This document shows positions 31,326 through 41,515 of a DNA stretch of 64,000 nt, piece after piece. The position numbers and the translations under genes are program-made. This DNA comes from a virus. Location of the stretch: positions 1-64,000 of the IMG/VR virus record IMGVR_UViG_3300020472_000012. One strand, written 5' to 3'. Within the stretch, counting starts at the first letter, position 1; the number at the start of each line of letters is the position of its first letter. The notes under the pieces are model-generated. The model saw only the letters and a list, made by a program, of their open reading frames with translations. It was not told the DNA's origin and searched no databases.

Positions 31326-33332
31326 ATGGCATTTCAAGTATCACCTGGCGTACAGGTAAAAGAAATAGATGTTACTAATGTAGTTCCAGCTGTATCATCA
31401 AGTATTGGTGGATATGCTGGTATGTTTAGTTGGGGCCCAATTGATGAAGTAAGAAACATTGTTTCTGAGAAGCAATTAGTAGATACCTTTGGGGAACCTA
31501 CTGATACCAATATCGGAAGAGAACACTTTTACAGTGTTGCAACATTCTTGAGATATGCAAATGTGATTAAGGTCGTAAGGGCATTAAACTCAAGTTCATT
31601 GAATGCAACATCTGGTGGTTCTTCTGGTTTACTCGTTAAAAACAAGACTCACTATACAGAATCTTTTGAAGATGGTAGTGGTACTGTTGGAGACTGGGGT
31701 GCAAAATATGCTGGTGCTTTAGGAAATAGTTTGAAAGTTTCAATGTGCTCTGGTAGTGCAGCTTTCAGTGATAGTAATGTAACCACACTAGATGCTGACC
31801 CAGCATTAGGTGCAACCTCTTTAGGAGTTGCAGCTGCTGAGAAGTTTGTAGTTGGTGATAGAATTACTGTTGCTGGAGATACTAATAAGTATGCTGTTAC
31901 TGCAATCGCATTTGACTCTGGTTCCTCTGGTGCTGGAGATATAACTATTCATCTTGCTTCTGATAAGACAAAAGGATTACAAGTTGATGTTGCAAGTGGT
32001 GTGAATGTTTCCAGAGAATGGGAATTCGCAACTTACTTCGACACAGCTCCAGGCACTTCACCAAATGCAACCGATAAGGGTGCATCTAACGATGAAATGC
32101 ATGTGGTAGTTGTAGACGAAGATGGGGATATCACTGGACAAGTTGGAGAAATCTTAGAGACTTTCTCTAATGTATCCAAAGCAACTGATGCAAAAGATTC
32201 TTTTGGTGCTTCAAACTATTACAAGAATGTAGTCAGAGACCAATCTGGTTACCTTTGGTGGTTAGACCACAACTCTAACTTAACTACAGTTGGTGTAACA
32301 TTACAAAATGCTGGTACAGGTCGTACTTTCAGTACATACAGTCTACCAGTAACAAATAGTTTATCTAATGGTGCTGATGGAGAACAACCTACTTCTGCTC
32401 AGAAAAATACTGGTTACTCAACTTACTTGGGTGATGCAGAAACAGTAGATGTAGACTTCCTAATTGCAGGGCCAAACTCTGCTGACAATGGAAGTGGAAC
32501 CGAAGTCGCAACAGTTGCCGAAGCTACAACACATATCAACAATCTAATCACAATTGCCGAGTCAAGGAAAGATTGCGTGGTAGTTTGTAGCCCAAGACGA
32601 GCAGATGTTGTTAACAATGTAGGTTCTGAACAGAGTTCAGTCACAACATTAGCAGACACACTTACATCAAGTTCATATGCAGTTATGGATAGTAACTGGT
32701 TGTACATGTACGATAAGTACAACGACCAATACTGTTATGTACCTGCTTGTGGTTCTACAGCTGGTCTTATGGCAAGAACAGATTTAGTAAGAGACGCATG
32801 GTATTCACCTGCTGGTTTCAATAGAGGTCAGTATCTTGGTGTAACCAAACTTGCATTCAATCCTAATCAAGCAGAAAGGGATGAACTTTACAAGAAGAGA
32901 GTTAACCCAGTAGTAACTTTCCCAGGCGAGGGAACAATACTATTTGGAGATAAAACTCTATTAAGTAATCCAAGTGCATTTGATAGAATCAATGTACGAA
33001 GATTATTCATCGTATTAGAGAAAGCAATATCAACTGCTGCTAAGTTCCAACTCTTTGAATTCAATGATGCATTCACAAGAGCAAACTTTAGAGCAACAGT
33101 AGAACCTTTCTTAAGGGCGGTGCAAGGAAGACGAGGTATCGTAGATTTCCAAGTTATTTGTGACGAAACAAATAACCCACAGGCAGTCGTAGATGCTAAC
33201 CAATTCCAAGCATCAATTTTCGTTAAACCTAATAAGAGTATCAACTTTATCACTCTTAACTTCGTGGCTGCAAGGTCTGGAGTTGAATTTGAAGAAGTAT
33301 ATGGTGCTACTAACACACTAGCTGGAAGTTAA
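31326..33332 (+). CDS. gp18: Tail sheath gp18
   Basis: SPGVQVKEID; WYSPAGFNRG; FDRINVRRLF; FEFND. Confidence 0.96.
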   Translation: MAFQVSPGVQVKEIDVTNVVPAVSSSIGGYAGMFSWGPIDEVRNIVSEKQLVDTFGEPTDTNIGREHFYSVATFLRYANVIKVVRALNSSSLNATSGGSSGLLVKNKTHYTESFEDGSGTVGDWGAKYAGALGNSLKVSMCSGSAAFSDSNVTTLDADPALGATSLGVAAAEKFVVGDRITVAGDTNKYAVTAIAFDSGSSGAGDITIHLASDKTKGLQVDVASGVNVSREWEFATYFDTAPGTSPNATDKGASNDEMHVVVVDEDGDITGQVGEILETFSNVSKATDAKDSFGASNYYKNVVRDQSGYLWWLDHNSNLTTVGVTLQNAGTGRTFSTYSLPVTNSLSNGADGEQPTSAQKNTGYSTYLGDAETVDVDFLIAGPNSADNGSGTEVATVAEATTHINNLITIAESRKDCVVVCSPRRADVVNNVGSEQSSVTTLADTLTSSSYAVMDSNWLYMYDKYNDQYCYVPACGSTAGLMARTDLVRDAWYSPAGFNRGQYLGVTKLAFNPNQAERDELYKKRVNPVVTFPGEGTILFGDKTLLSNPSAFDRINVRRLFIVLEKAISTAAKFQLFEFNDAFTRANFRATVEPFLRAVQGRRGIVDFQVICDETNNPQAVVDANQFQASIFVKPNKSINFITLNFVAARSGVEFEEVYGATNTLAGS

Positions 33333-33342
33333 GGAGTAAAAA

Positions 33343-33840
33343 ATGGCAACAATAGACCAATTTAAAGCACAATTAACATCTGGTGGTGTTCGTTCAAACA
33401 GGTTTCAAGTTTTCATTCCAAGAGCGGGTGAAAGAGTTGAATTTTTAGTTAAAGCTGCACAGATTCCTGCCGAAACTTTCGGTGGGCCTATCGAAGTAAA
33501 CTTTAGGGGTGCAAAACTAAAACTTCCAGGCGAAAGAACTTATGAAGATTGGACAGTTACAGTTCTAAACGATGTTGATTTTAGTATCAGAACAGGAATG
33601 GAAAATTGGATGGGTGAAATACAAGAAAGGGATAGTGGCGTTGGTGCAACTGACCTAGACTATCTTGTATCTCGTGCTTTTGTATCTCAGTTGCATAGGG
33701 ACGAATCAGTTCTAGCAACTTATGAGTTCTTTAACATGTATCCTTCATCTATAGGGTCAATCTCTTTAGATATGGATACCGAAGAAGTACAAACATACGA
33801 CATCACATTCACATACAGTCACTTTGAAAGAACAGTCTAA
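33343..33840 (+). CDS. gp19: Tail tube gp19
   Basis: GGVRSNRF; FRGAKLKLPGERTYEDWTVTV.ND; synteny. Confidence 0.93.
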   Translation: MATIDQFKAQLTSGGVRSNRFQVFIPRAGERVEFLVKAAQIPAETFGGPIEVNFRGAKLKLPGERTYEDWTVTVLNDVDFSIRTGMENWMGEIQERDSGVGATDLDYLVSRAFVSQLHRDESVLATYEFFNMYPSSIGSISLDMDTEEVQTYDITFTYSHFERTV

Positions 33841-33864
33841 TTAAGACTGTTACTTTCTTAGTGC

Positions 33865-33872
33865 TATAAATA
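33865..33872 (+). promoter_or_regulatory. Late promoter TATAAATA
   Basis: Exact consensus 9 nt before the portal ATG. Confidence 0.75.
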
Positions 33873-33881
33873 TATTTTATT

Positions 33882-35429
33882 ATGGAATTATTTGGATTTG
33901 AAATAAATCGAAAGAAGAGGGAAGCAGAACAAAGGAATGCACCATCCTTTGTTGCACCTGTAAATGACGATGGGGCTCAAGTTATTGAGTCCTCACCTAT
34001 GGGGTCGAATTTTGCTGGTGGACAATACCTCTCTTCTTATATTGATATGGAAGGTGCTATCAAGAGTGAGATTGACCTCATTCAAAGATATCGTTCCATG
34101 TCATTGATACCAGAGTGTGATGCAGCTGTTGACGATATCGTACAGGAAGCAATTGCAACCAACGATTTAGACAACACAGTAAGTATCAATTTGGATGGAA
34201 TCAAAAATGGTGACTTATCTGATAATATCAAAGATACAGTCAGAAAAGAATTTGAACACATCCTATCTCTGTTAAGATTTAGAAATACAGGCCCAGACTT
34301 ATTCAGAAAATGGTATATAGATGGTCGTGCATACTTCCACCTATTAACCGAAAAGGGTTCTCCTAAGAAGGGAATTCAAGGGTTAAGATATATTGACCCT
34401 ATGAAAATCAAGAAGATTAGGGAAATCCATAAGAAGAAAGATGAGAAGACTGGTGTTGAGGTAATTGATAGGATTGAAGAATACTATCATTTCTCAGATG
34501 CTGGATTTGATAAAACTGGTACAAACAACAGTGGTCAAGTCCTAAAAATAAGTCCAGATGCAGTTATAATGGCATCGTCTGGAATGATGGATGCAACTAG
34601 AACTCAAGTAATAGGTTACCTACATAAAGCATTAAAAGCTGGTAATCAATTACGAATGATGGAAGATGCACTTGTAATTTATAGGATTGCAAGAGCCCCA
34701 GAGAGAAGAATTTTCTATATAGATGTAGGAAACCTTCCAAAAGTGAAGGCAGAACAGTATCTTGCAGATACGATGACTAGATATAAAAATAAACTAGTCT
34801 ATAATGCTGACACTGGAGAAATCAGAGACGACAGAAGACATATGTCAATGTTGGAAGATTTCTGGTTACCAAGAAGAGAAGGTGGTAGAGGAACAGAAAT
34901 AACTACTCTGCCAGGCGGACAGAACTTAGGTGAGATAGAAGATATAATCTATTTCCAAAAGAAACTGTATAAGGCACTTAATGTACCTATCAGTAGATTG
35001 GAAGCAGATGCACAATTCTCACTAGGTCGTGCAAGTGAAATTACAAGGGATGAGGTTAAGTTCTCACGATTTGTAGATAAACTAAGACATAAGTTTTCAG
35101 TTCTCTTCTTAGATTTGTTGAAGACTCAACTTATCTTAAAAGGTACGATGTCTGCCGAAGAGTTTGATAAAGCTCGAGAGTATATAACTTTCGACTTTCA
35201 AAAGGACTCACACTTTGTAGAAATGAAGGAAGCTGAAATCTACAGAGAAAGAGTTAACACACTCAGAGAAATGGATGAGTTTGTAGGTAAATACTACTCT
35301 CAGAACTGGGTAAGAAAGAACATCTTGCGTCAATCAGAAGATGAAATCGAAATTATTGATGGTGAGATTGAAAAAGATAAAGACAGTGGTGATGGGGAAG
35401 GAGAGGATGACTCTTTTGACCAATATTAA
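33882..35429 (+). CDS. gp20: Portal gp20
   Basis: YRIARAPERRIFYIDVGNLPK; EDFWLPRREGGRGTEITTLPGG. Confidence 0.97.
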   Translation: MELFGFEINRKKREAEQRNAPSFVAPVNDDGAQVIESSPMGSNFAGGQYLSSYIDMEGAIKSEIDLIQRYRSMSLIPECDAAVDDIVQEAIATNDLDNTVSINLDGIKNGDLSDNIKDTVRKEFEHILSLLRFRNTGPDLFRKWYIDGRAYFHLLTEKGSPKKGIQGLRYIDPMKIKKIREIHKKKDEKTGVEVIDRIEEYYHFSDAGFDKTGTNNSGQVLKISPDAVIMASSGMMDATRTQVIGYLHKALKAGNQLRMMEDALVIYRIARAPERRIFYIDVGNLPKVKAEQYLADTMTRYKNKLVYNADTGEIRDDRRHMSMLEDFWLPRREGGRGTEITTLPGGQNLGEIEDIIYFQKKLYKALNVPISRLEADAQFSLGRASEITRDEVKFSRFVDKLRHKFSVLFLDLLKTQLILKGTMSAEEFDKAREYITFDFQKDSHFVEMKEAEIYRERVNTLREMDEFVGKYYSQNWVRKNILRQSEDEIEIIDGEIEKDKDSGDGEGEDDSFDQY

Positions 35430-35438
35430 GAGGAATAA

Positions 35439-35627
35439 ATGATGAGTAAAGAAAATATCAAAGACTTAGTTAATGCAATCGAGACTGGAGATAATGTCAA
35501 GGCAACTGATGCATTTCAGGCTGCAATGATAAATAAACAGGCAGATGCAATTGACTCTAAGAGACTTGATGTTCAGATGAATTGGATGGAAAAGGAATCT
35601 GGAGAATCAGAGAGTGAAGAAGTTTAA
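35439..35627 (+). CDS. Prohead core protein, gp67-like
   Basis: Small acidic protein between gp20 and gp21 (synteny). Confidence 0.6.
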   Translation: MMSKENIKDLVNAIETGDNVKATDAFQAAMINKQADAIDSKRLDVQMNWMEKESGESESEEV

Positions 35628-35970
35628 AGAACTAGTAAAAGACTTAAACGAAAAGAAGTTTAAACTACCTCGTGGAGAACAAGAGGTGGATTCATACTTC
35701 GAGAAAGGTCAAAGAGGCAAGAAAGTTGCCGTTATCATTGCAAAGAAGTCAAATAAATTTAAAGTTTATGTTGATGGACAAGAACTTGCTATCTATAAGA
35801 GTGAAAAGGAAGCAAGAAAGAATGCAAAACAATTAATTGCATTATTGGGTGAAGACTTAGATGACTTCATCGAACAGTTTTCAATTGAGGATTCATTTGG
35901 ATTCTCAGATGGATTGGTGGGAAATCAATCCTATAGTGAACAAGAAGAAAAGGTTCACGAAATAAAATAA
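35614..35970 (+). CDS. Prohead core protein, gp68-like position
   Basis: Synteny; GTG start. Confidence 0.5.
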   Translation: MKKFKELVKDLNEKKFKLPRGEQEVDSYFEKGQRGKKVAVIIAKKSNKFKVYVDGQELAIYKSEKEARKNAKQLIALLGEDLDDFIEQFSIEDSFGFSDGLVGNQSYSEQEEKVHEIK

Positions 35971-35983
35971 AGGAAAGAGAGAC

Positions 35984-36634
35984 ATGTTTTTAATATCAGA
36001 ACAAATATCAGATAATGTGAATTTGATAACAGAAACCAATAAAGATGGTAAGAAAGAACAATATATTGAAGGTGTCTTTCTTCAAGCAGGAATAAAGAAC
36101 AGAAATGGTCGTATTTACCCAATCGAAACGATGAAAAAAGAGGTAAATCGATACATCAAGGAATTCGTAAATAAGAAGCGTGCATATGGGGAACTGGGTC
36201 ATCCAGAAGGCCCTACCATTAACTTAGAGAGGGTATCACACTTGATAACTGATTTAAGGGAAGATGGAAAGAATTTTATAGGTAAAGCTAAAATTCTCAG
36301 CACTCCAATGGGTAATATAGTTAAAGGACTGTTAAATGATGGTGCTAAACTAGGCGTGTCCAGTAGGGGTATGGGTTCAGTAGAACAAAGAGGAAATGCA
36401 CAATATGTCCAAGACGATTTCATGCTAGCAACCGCTGCTGATATCGTTGCAGACCCTTCTGCACCAGATGCTTTCGTTGAAGGTATCATGGAAGGTGTAG
36501 AATGGGTTCAAGAGGGTGGAATCTTCAAAGCGAAAGAGATTGAATCTTGGAAAAGTCAGATTCAACAAACCAAACAACGCCATTTAGAAGAGAAGAAGTT
36601 AGAAATCATGAAAAACTTCTTCTCAAAATTATAA
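35984..36634 (+). CDS. gp21: Prohead protease gp21
   Basis: NRNGRIYP; GELGHP; GVSSRGMGS; DIVADPSAPDA. Confidence 0.96.
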   Translation: MFLISEQISDNVNLITETNKDGKKEQYIEGVFLQAGIKNRNGRIYPIETMKKEVNRYIKEFVNKKRAYGELGHPEGPTINLERVSHLITDLREDGKNFIGKAKILSTPMGNIVKGLLNDGAKLGVSSRGMGSVEQRGNAQYVQDDFMLATAADIVADPSAPDAFVEGIMEGVEWVQEGGIFKAKEIESWKSQIQQTKQRHLEEKKLEIMKNFFSKL

Positions 36635-36638
36635 AATT

Positions 36639-36646
36639 TATAAATA
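36639..36646 (+). promoter_or_regulatory. Late promoter TATAAATA
   Basis: Exact consensus upstream of gp22. Confidence 0.75.
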
Positions 36647-36714
36647 CTACACAGAGAAACAATTATGTTCTCGTTTTTTAATTAGTAAGTATTTAAAACT
36701 AGGGGATAAGTAAA

Positions 36715-38040
36715 ATGTCTGAACAAGATATACAAAACCAAGAAACCGAAGTAGTCGAAGGTGCAGCTGTACCACAGGCGAAAGGTGCCGTTACCCCAGA
36801 CCCAGATGCTCCTAAGAAAGCAGTTGCTGCAGTTGATAAAGCCGGAGATGCCACTAAACCTTCTAAAAAAAGGAAAGGTGACCAAGAAGGTGGAGACAAA
36901 GCAGCTCCTAAGCAGGAAGAGGTAGAGTCTGATAGTGATGAAGTCGTTGTAGAAGATTTGACCAAAATGGAAGCTCTTCGTGCAATTATTGAAGAACTAA
37001 AGGGTTTGGAAAAAGACGAAATTAAATCCCTCTATGCTGAAATGGTTAAGAAAGAAGAAGATGAAGATGATGAAGACGAAGATGACGATGAAGAAGTCGA
37101 TGAGTCTACAAAAGCTGACCTTCTTAGAAAAATTGCTGAACATTTCAAGACAGAGGACGAAGATACTGTAAAAGAAGCATACGCTGCTATTACAGAGAAG
37201 AAAGAAGAAGTCGAAGATGACGAAGACGATTCAGAAGATGACGATGAGTCAGATGATGATGAAGATGAAGTCAAAGAGAAAACTAAGAAAGAAGAAGTAG
37301 AAATTGATATGTCTGATGACATTGAAGCTTTAATTTCTGGTGAAGACGAACTTTCAGAAGAATTCCAAAACAAAGCAAAAGTAGTTTTTGAAGCTGCTGT
37401 ATCTGCAAAAGTAAACCAAATTCGAGAAGAACTTGAAAAAGAATCTCTTGAAAGAGTTGTTGAAACAACTGGTGAAATCAAAGAAGAACTTGTTACTAAA
37501 GTTGATTCTTTCCTTTCATATGTTGCAGAAGAGTGGGTTAAAGATAACGAACTTGCAATCGAGAGAGGACTTAAGTCCGAACTCACAGAGAATTTTATAA
37601 CAGGTCTTAAAGACTTGTTTGAAGACCATTATGTTGAAGTTCCATCTGACAAACTAGATGTTGTCGATGAACTTGCTGGTAAAGTTGAAGAAGTTGAACA
37701 GAGACTTAACGAAGAAGTTTCTAAGAACATTGATTTAACTGCTTCCAATGAAGAACTAGTTAAAGACAAAGTGGTTCGAGAAGTTTCACAAGACTTAACT
37801 GAACAAGAAGTTGAGAAACTTGGTAAATTAATCGAAGACATAGATTTTAACGATGAGTTTGAATCAAATGTCAAAACCATCAAAGAGTCTTATTTTGACA
37901 ACTCTGCTAAAGAGACTGTCCAATTAGACGAACAGATGGTGGCAAGTGAAGGAGAAGAAAGTGGTTCGACTGACGACAAAATCGTTGACCCAACCATGGC
38001 TGCCTACTCTGCCGCAATAAAGAGGGTTAACCCACTATAA
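36715..38040 (+). CDS. gp22: Prohead scaffold gp22
   Basis: LSEEFQNKAKVVFEAAV; YVAEEW..N.LAIE.G; very acidic. Confidence 0.93.
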   Translation: MSEQDIQNQETEVVEGAAVPQAKGAVTPDPDAPKKAVAAVDKAGDATKPSKKRKGDQEGGDKAAPKQEEVESDSDEVVVEDLTKMEALRAIIEELKGLEKDEIKSLYAEMVKKEEDEDDEDEDDDEEVDESTKADLLRKIAEHFKTEDEDTVKEAYAAITEKKEEVEDDEDDSEDDDESDDDEDEVKEKTKKEEVEIDMSDDIEALISGEDELSEEFQNKAKVVFEAAVSAKVNQIREELEKESLERVVETTGEIKEELVTKVDSFLSYVAEEWVKDNELAIERGLKSELTENFITGLKDLFEDHYVEVPSDKLDVVDELAGKVEEVEQRLNEEVSKNIDLTASNEELVKDKVVREVSQDLTEQEVEKLGKLIEDIDFNDEFESNVKTIKESYFDNSAKETVQLDEQMVASEGEESGSTDDKIVDPTMAAYSAAIKRVNPL

Positions 38041-38102
38041 TGAATGGTGGTGTTAATTTAATATTAACTTTTCATTAGTAAAAATTTAAGGGGAAAACTA
38101 TT

Positions 38103-39410
38103 ATGTTTATGTCAGAATCTTTACAAGAAAAGTGGCAGCCGGTATTAGAACATCCTGATTTGCCTAAAATCGATGATTCATACAAAAGAGCAGTCACTTC
38201 TGTAGTTCTTGAAAACCAAGAAAGAGCCTTAAACGAAGACAGAGGAATGATATCTGAAGCATCACCAGTTAACGCTGCTGTTGGTTCCGATGGGTCTGGT
38301 ATCTCAAACTGGGATCCAATCCTAATTTCTTTGGTTCGTAGGTCTCTACCTAACTTGGTTGCATACGACATTTGTGGTGTCCAACCTATGACTGGCCCAA
38401 CTGGGTTAGTATTTGCAATGAAAGCTCGTTATAACGATAACACTTCAAGGTTAGCAATGACCGAGGCGTTATTTGACGAAGCAGATTCAGATTTCGCTGG
38501 TGCGGGAACACAAGCTGGAACAGACCCATTTGGGGATGCAGCCACTTATGCTTCTGGTACTGGTATGACTACTGCAGCAGGGGAGGCATTGGGTGACAGT
38601 GCTTCAAATCCTTTTGCTAGTATGGCTTTCACAATTGAGAAAGCAACTGTAACTGCAAAAACTAGAGCTCTCAAAGCAGAATACACTATTGAACTTGCAC
38701 AAGACCTTAAAGCAATTCATGGTCTTGACGCAGAAACAGAACTTGCAAACATATTGTCTGCTGAAATCCTTGCGGAAATCAACAGAGAAGTTGTAAGAAC
38801 TGTTAATGTTCAAGCTAAAACTGGTGCTCAGTCTGGTACTGCTAATGCTGGTCGATTTGACCTAGATGTTGATTCATCTGGTCGTTGGTCAGTTGAGAAA
38901 TTTAAAGGCATGCTCTTCCATGTAGAAAGAGAAGCTAACACAATTGCAAGAGAATCAAGACGAGGAAAGGGTAACTTTATCCTTTGTTCTTCTGATGTAG
39001 CATCTGCACTAGCTATGGCTGGTGTACTTGACTACGCTCCTGCTCTCTCAACTAACCTAAATGTTGACGATGCTGGTAATACTTTTGCTGGTGTTCTTAA
39101 TGGTAAGTATAAAGTCTATATTGACCCATACTACACATTAGACCCAGTAAGTGGTCACAGTAACGAAGGTTACATGACTGTTGGATATAGAGGTTCCAAT
39201 CCTTATGATGCTGGTATATTCTACTGCCCATATGTTCCATTACAAATGGTTCGTGCGGTTGGTGAAAATACTTTCCAACCAAAAATTGGTTTCAAAACTC
39301 GATATGGAATGATTTCAAATCCATTCGTAGGTTCGTCTCCAAGTGATGGTCTTGCATCAGCAGGAAGTAACTTCTACTACAGAAAGGTCGAAGTAGAAAA
39401 TATTCTATAA
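38103..39410 (+). CDS. gp23: Major capsid protein gp23
   Basis: GVQPMTGPTGLVFA; ELAQDLKAIHGLDAE; FQPKIGFKTRYG. Confidence 0.98.
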   Translation: MFMSESLQEKWQPVLEHPDLPKIDDSYKRAVTSVVLENQERALNEDRGMISEASPVNAAVGSDGSGISNWDPILISLVRRSLPNLVAYDICGVQPMTGPTGLVFAMKARYNDNTSRLAMTEALFDEADSDFAGAGTQAGTDPFGDAATYASGTGMTTAAGEALGDSASNPFASMAFTIEKATVTAKTRALKAEYTIELAQDLKAIHGLDAETELANILSAEILAEINREVVRTVNVQAKTGAQSGTANAGRFDLDVDSSGRWSVEKFKGMLFHVEREANTIARESRRGKGNFILCSSDVASALAMAGVLDYAPALSTNLNVDDAGNTFAGVLNGKYKVYIDPYYTLDPVSGHSNEGYMTVGYRGSNPYDAGIFYCPYVPLQMVRAVGENTFQPKIGFKTRYGMISNPFVGSSPSDGLASAGSNFYYRKVEVENIL

Positions 39411-39433
39411 GAACTTTTCAAGTCAGAACGATT

Positions 39434-39461
39434 AAAGGGTCTCTTCGGAGACCCTTTTTTT
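39434..39461 (+). terminator. Intrinsic terminator with cUUCGg loop
   Basis: AAAGGGTCTC-TTCG-GAGACCCTTT followed by a T run, after gp23. Confidence 0.92.
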
Positions 39462-39482
39462 ATATACCTGCTTTTTTAATCT

Positions 39483-39490
39483 TATAAATA
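39483..39490 (+). promoter_or_regulatory. Late promoter TATAAATA
   Basis: Exact consensus just after the gp23 terminator. Confidence 0.75.
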
Positions 39491-39499
39491 ATAGTGTAT

Positions 39500-39667
39500 A
39501 TGATGAAATGGTTAGATAAAATAATAACAAAAAGAAGTGGTGGGAAGACCGAAGAAGATATCTACAAAGCTAGATGGGTCTGGTATCATACAATACTTGC
39601 ATTCGAGATATTCTTAACGAATATATTACTCATTGCAATCCTACTTGCCATTTTATTAAAGGGGTAA
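39500..39667 (+). CDS. 55-aa membrane protein (not in ORF track)
   Basis: MMKWLDKII...TILAFEIFLTNILLIAILLAILLKG; fills the gap after the late promoter. Confidence 0.65.
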   Translation: MMKWLDKIITKRSGGKTEEDIYKARWVWYHTILAFEIFLTNILLIAILLAILLKG

Positions 39668-39673
39668 TTAATT

Positions 39674-39979
39674 ATGATTAAAGAAATAATCAAAGGTGCC
39701 GTGTACATGATAAGTGGTGCAGTTATACTTGCAGCTATTTGGAGTGCAGACACTATGAGTGAAAGGAAAGCTCATTTTGATTCTAAGATGCAAGGTAAAC
39801 AGAATATTAGAATCAATATTGGAGACGATGTTAAACATGGTTTACTGCAACACCATTTACATGGTGAAGATGGTAAGATAATCTGGCAGAAACAAGCCGA
39901 CACTATATCTCTACCAGTAATTCCACAAGAAGAAATCGAAGTGGAAGTACCAGAAGCTATAGAAGAAGTTAGAGGATAA
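39674..39979 (+). CDS. Hypothetical protein with N-terminal TM/signal segment
   Basis: Hydrophobic N-terminus; AAGGGG RBS. Confidence 0.6.
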   Translation: MIKEIIKGAVYMISGAVILAAIWSADTMSERKAHFDSKMQGKQNIRINIGDDVKHGLLQHHLHGEDGKIIWQKQADTISLPVIPQEEIEVEVPEAIEEVRG

Positions 39980-39981
39980 TA

Positions 39982-40206
39982 ATGTCACAAGTAAAAGATT
40001 TGGTCATTAAGATAGTAAATGACCACCTTGATGTAGATTCTAAACTAGAATCTAACTTTATGGATGATTTAGGTTCAGATTCATTAGATACTGTTGAACT
40101 AGTTTTACAGTTTGAAGAAGAATTTGAAATAGATATTCCAGATGAAGACGCAGAGAATTTAACAACTGTAGGTGCTGTTGTTGAATATATAGAAAACAAT
40201 GGATAG
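39982..40206 (+). CDS. acpP: Acyl carrier protein
   Basis: [26 protein letters not shown]...TVG; phosphopantetheine Ser intact. Confidence 0.93.
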   Translation: MSQVKDLVIKIVNDHLDVDSKLESNFMDDLGSDSLDTVELVLQFEEEFEIDIPDEDAENLTTVGAVVEYIENNG

Positions 40207-40333
40207 GGACACATACAAATATGTGGAATCTAAAATTCCTTTATCAGAACATAAGTATAGGGGGTGGTTTTATCACTATCCAACTAAGAAGTTCTATAGA
40301 TGGAATGATATCCCATATGAGGGAAGTAAATGA
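40199..40333 (+). CDS. 44-aa aromatic-rich hypothetical protein (not in ORF track)
   Basis: [12 protein letters not shown]...[25 protein letters not shown]; overlaps both neighbours. Confidence 0.6.
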   Translation: MDRDTYKYVESKIPLSEHKYRGWFYHYPTKKFYRWNDIPYEGSK

Positions 40334-40908
40334 CAACTAGAAGTATAGATGTAGCAACTTGGGCTGGTGATTTACCAGATAATCTTTCATACTTATCACC
40401 TACACAATTTGAGTTGGTAATTGCAAAGTTACCCTCAACAAAGTATTTTGCAACTGGTGCGAATATACCATCAGTTAGTTTAAATGCACTTGCACAGTCA
40501 ACTAGGTTAGGAATACAACCACAGATGCCTGGCGATAGAGTTGCATTTTCAGAGTTCAATGTTAATTTCATCGTAGATGAAAACCTTGAAAACTGGAGAG
40601 AACTATACACTTGGATGATTCAAATAGCTCCTGGCTATGATTCCAATGAGTATAGAAAATTAATAGGGGCAAACGATAGAGTTGGACAAAAGTTCGATGA
40701 TTCTGGAGACCCTAAGAAAATGTATTCCGATATGACAATGGTAGTAACAACTGCAGCCAATAATCCTAATCGTTATGTTAGAATATATGATTGTTTTCCG
40801 ACAACACTTGCAGAGGTTACTATGGATACAACAACAACAGACAATCCTTATGTAGTTTGTAATGCTACTTTTGCATTTACCTACTTTGAGATTGCTACAA
40901 CATCTTAA
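40330..40908 (+). CDS. gp3: Tail tube terminator gp3
   Basis: NLSYLSPTQF; ANIPSV; FIVDENLENW.E...W; DCFPT.L. Confidence 0.85.
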   Translation: MTTRSIDVATWAGDLPDNLSYLSPTQFELVIAKLPSTKYFATGANIPSVSLNALAQSTRLGIQPQMPGDRVAFSEFNVNFIVDENLENWRELYTWMIQIAPGYDSNEYRKLIGANDRVGQKFDDSGDPKKMYSDMTMVVTTAANNPNRYVRIYDCFPTTLAEVTMDTTTTDNPYVVCNATFAFTYFEIATTS

Positions 40909-40916
40909 TATGAACA

Positions 40917-41030
40917 GTGAAAGAATATTGGAAAGAAGTGTGGGAGTTTTGCAAAGCTGAACCAGTTTGGGCAGCGGTCTTTTTCTTTTGTGGATATCTA
41001 ATAGGTATAGTGATAACTAACCCTTTTTAG
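40917..41030 (+). CDS. 37-aa membrane microprotein (GTG start; not in ORF track)
   Basis: MKEYWKEVWEFCKAEPVWAAVFFFCGYLIGIVITNPF. Confidence 0.45.
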   Translation: MKEYWKEVWEFCKAEPVWAAVFFFCGYLIGIVITNPF

Positions 41031-41031
41031 G

Positions 41032-41059
41032 TAGACAAATTACCATTTTGTGGTATAAT
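41032..41059 (+). promoter_or_regulatory. Sigma70-like promoter, 16-bp spacer
   Basis: TAGACA-N16-TATAAT, with the uvsY ATG 7 nt downstream. Confidence 0.7.
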
Positions 41060-41065
41060 TATAGT

Positions 41066-41512
41066 ATGAATTTAGAAAAAATCCGAGAAGAGTGGGCAAA
41101 AGATAGTGTCATCGATAAGATAGACATGGATAAAGTCTCGCTTGAAACTCCAAAATTACACTCAAAATACTTAGATGAACTCTCATCTAAAAGACTCAAC
41201 TATAAAAAATACGAAGTAGAATATAACATTCTTCTCAAGAAGAAGTGGTTGTGGTATACTGATAAGTTATCTAAAGAAGAAATAGATGAACTGGGATGGT
41301 CTTATGACCCATTTGAAGGACATAAGGTCTTAAAGGCAGATTATAACTACTATTTCAATGCAGATAAAGACTTAACAGACCTTAAACTTAAGTTGGAATA
41401 TCTTACTGAGTGTATTGATGTTTTGAAAGACATACTAAATATCCTTACATGGAGACATCAATCTATTAAAAATGCAATTGACTGGTTAAAATTCACTAAC
41501 CCAGCAGGATAA
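41066..41512 (+). CDS. uvsY: Recombination mediator UvsY
   Basis: W.KDS.ID...PKLHSKYL...IKNAIDWLKF; ATG at 41066. Confidence 0.9.
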   Translation: MNLEKIREEWAKDSVIDKIDMDKVSLETPKLHSKYLDELSSKRLNYKKYEVEYNILLKKKWLWYTDKLSKEEIDELGWSYDPFEGHKVLKADYNYYFNADKDLTDLKLKLEYLTECIDVLKDILNILTWRHQSIKNAIDWLKFTNPAG

Positions 41513-41515
41513 ATT

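Noticed and set aside
33831-33851. AACAGTCT/AGACTGTT inverted repeat after gp19, and weak AT-rich hairpins after late promoters
   Set aside because: Low stability and no clear U tract; cannot be distinguished from chance in AT-rich DNA.
37050-37320. Poly-Asp/Glu low-complexity tracts
   Set aside because: Normal for gp22 scaffold proteins.
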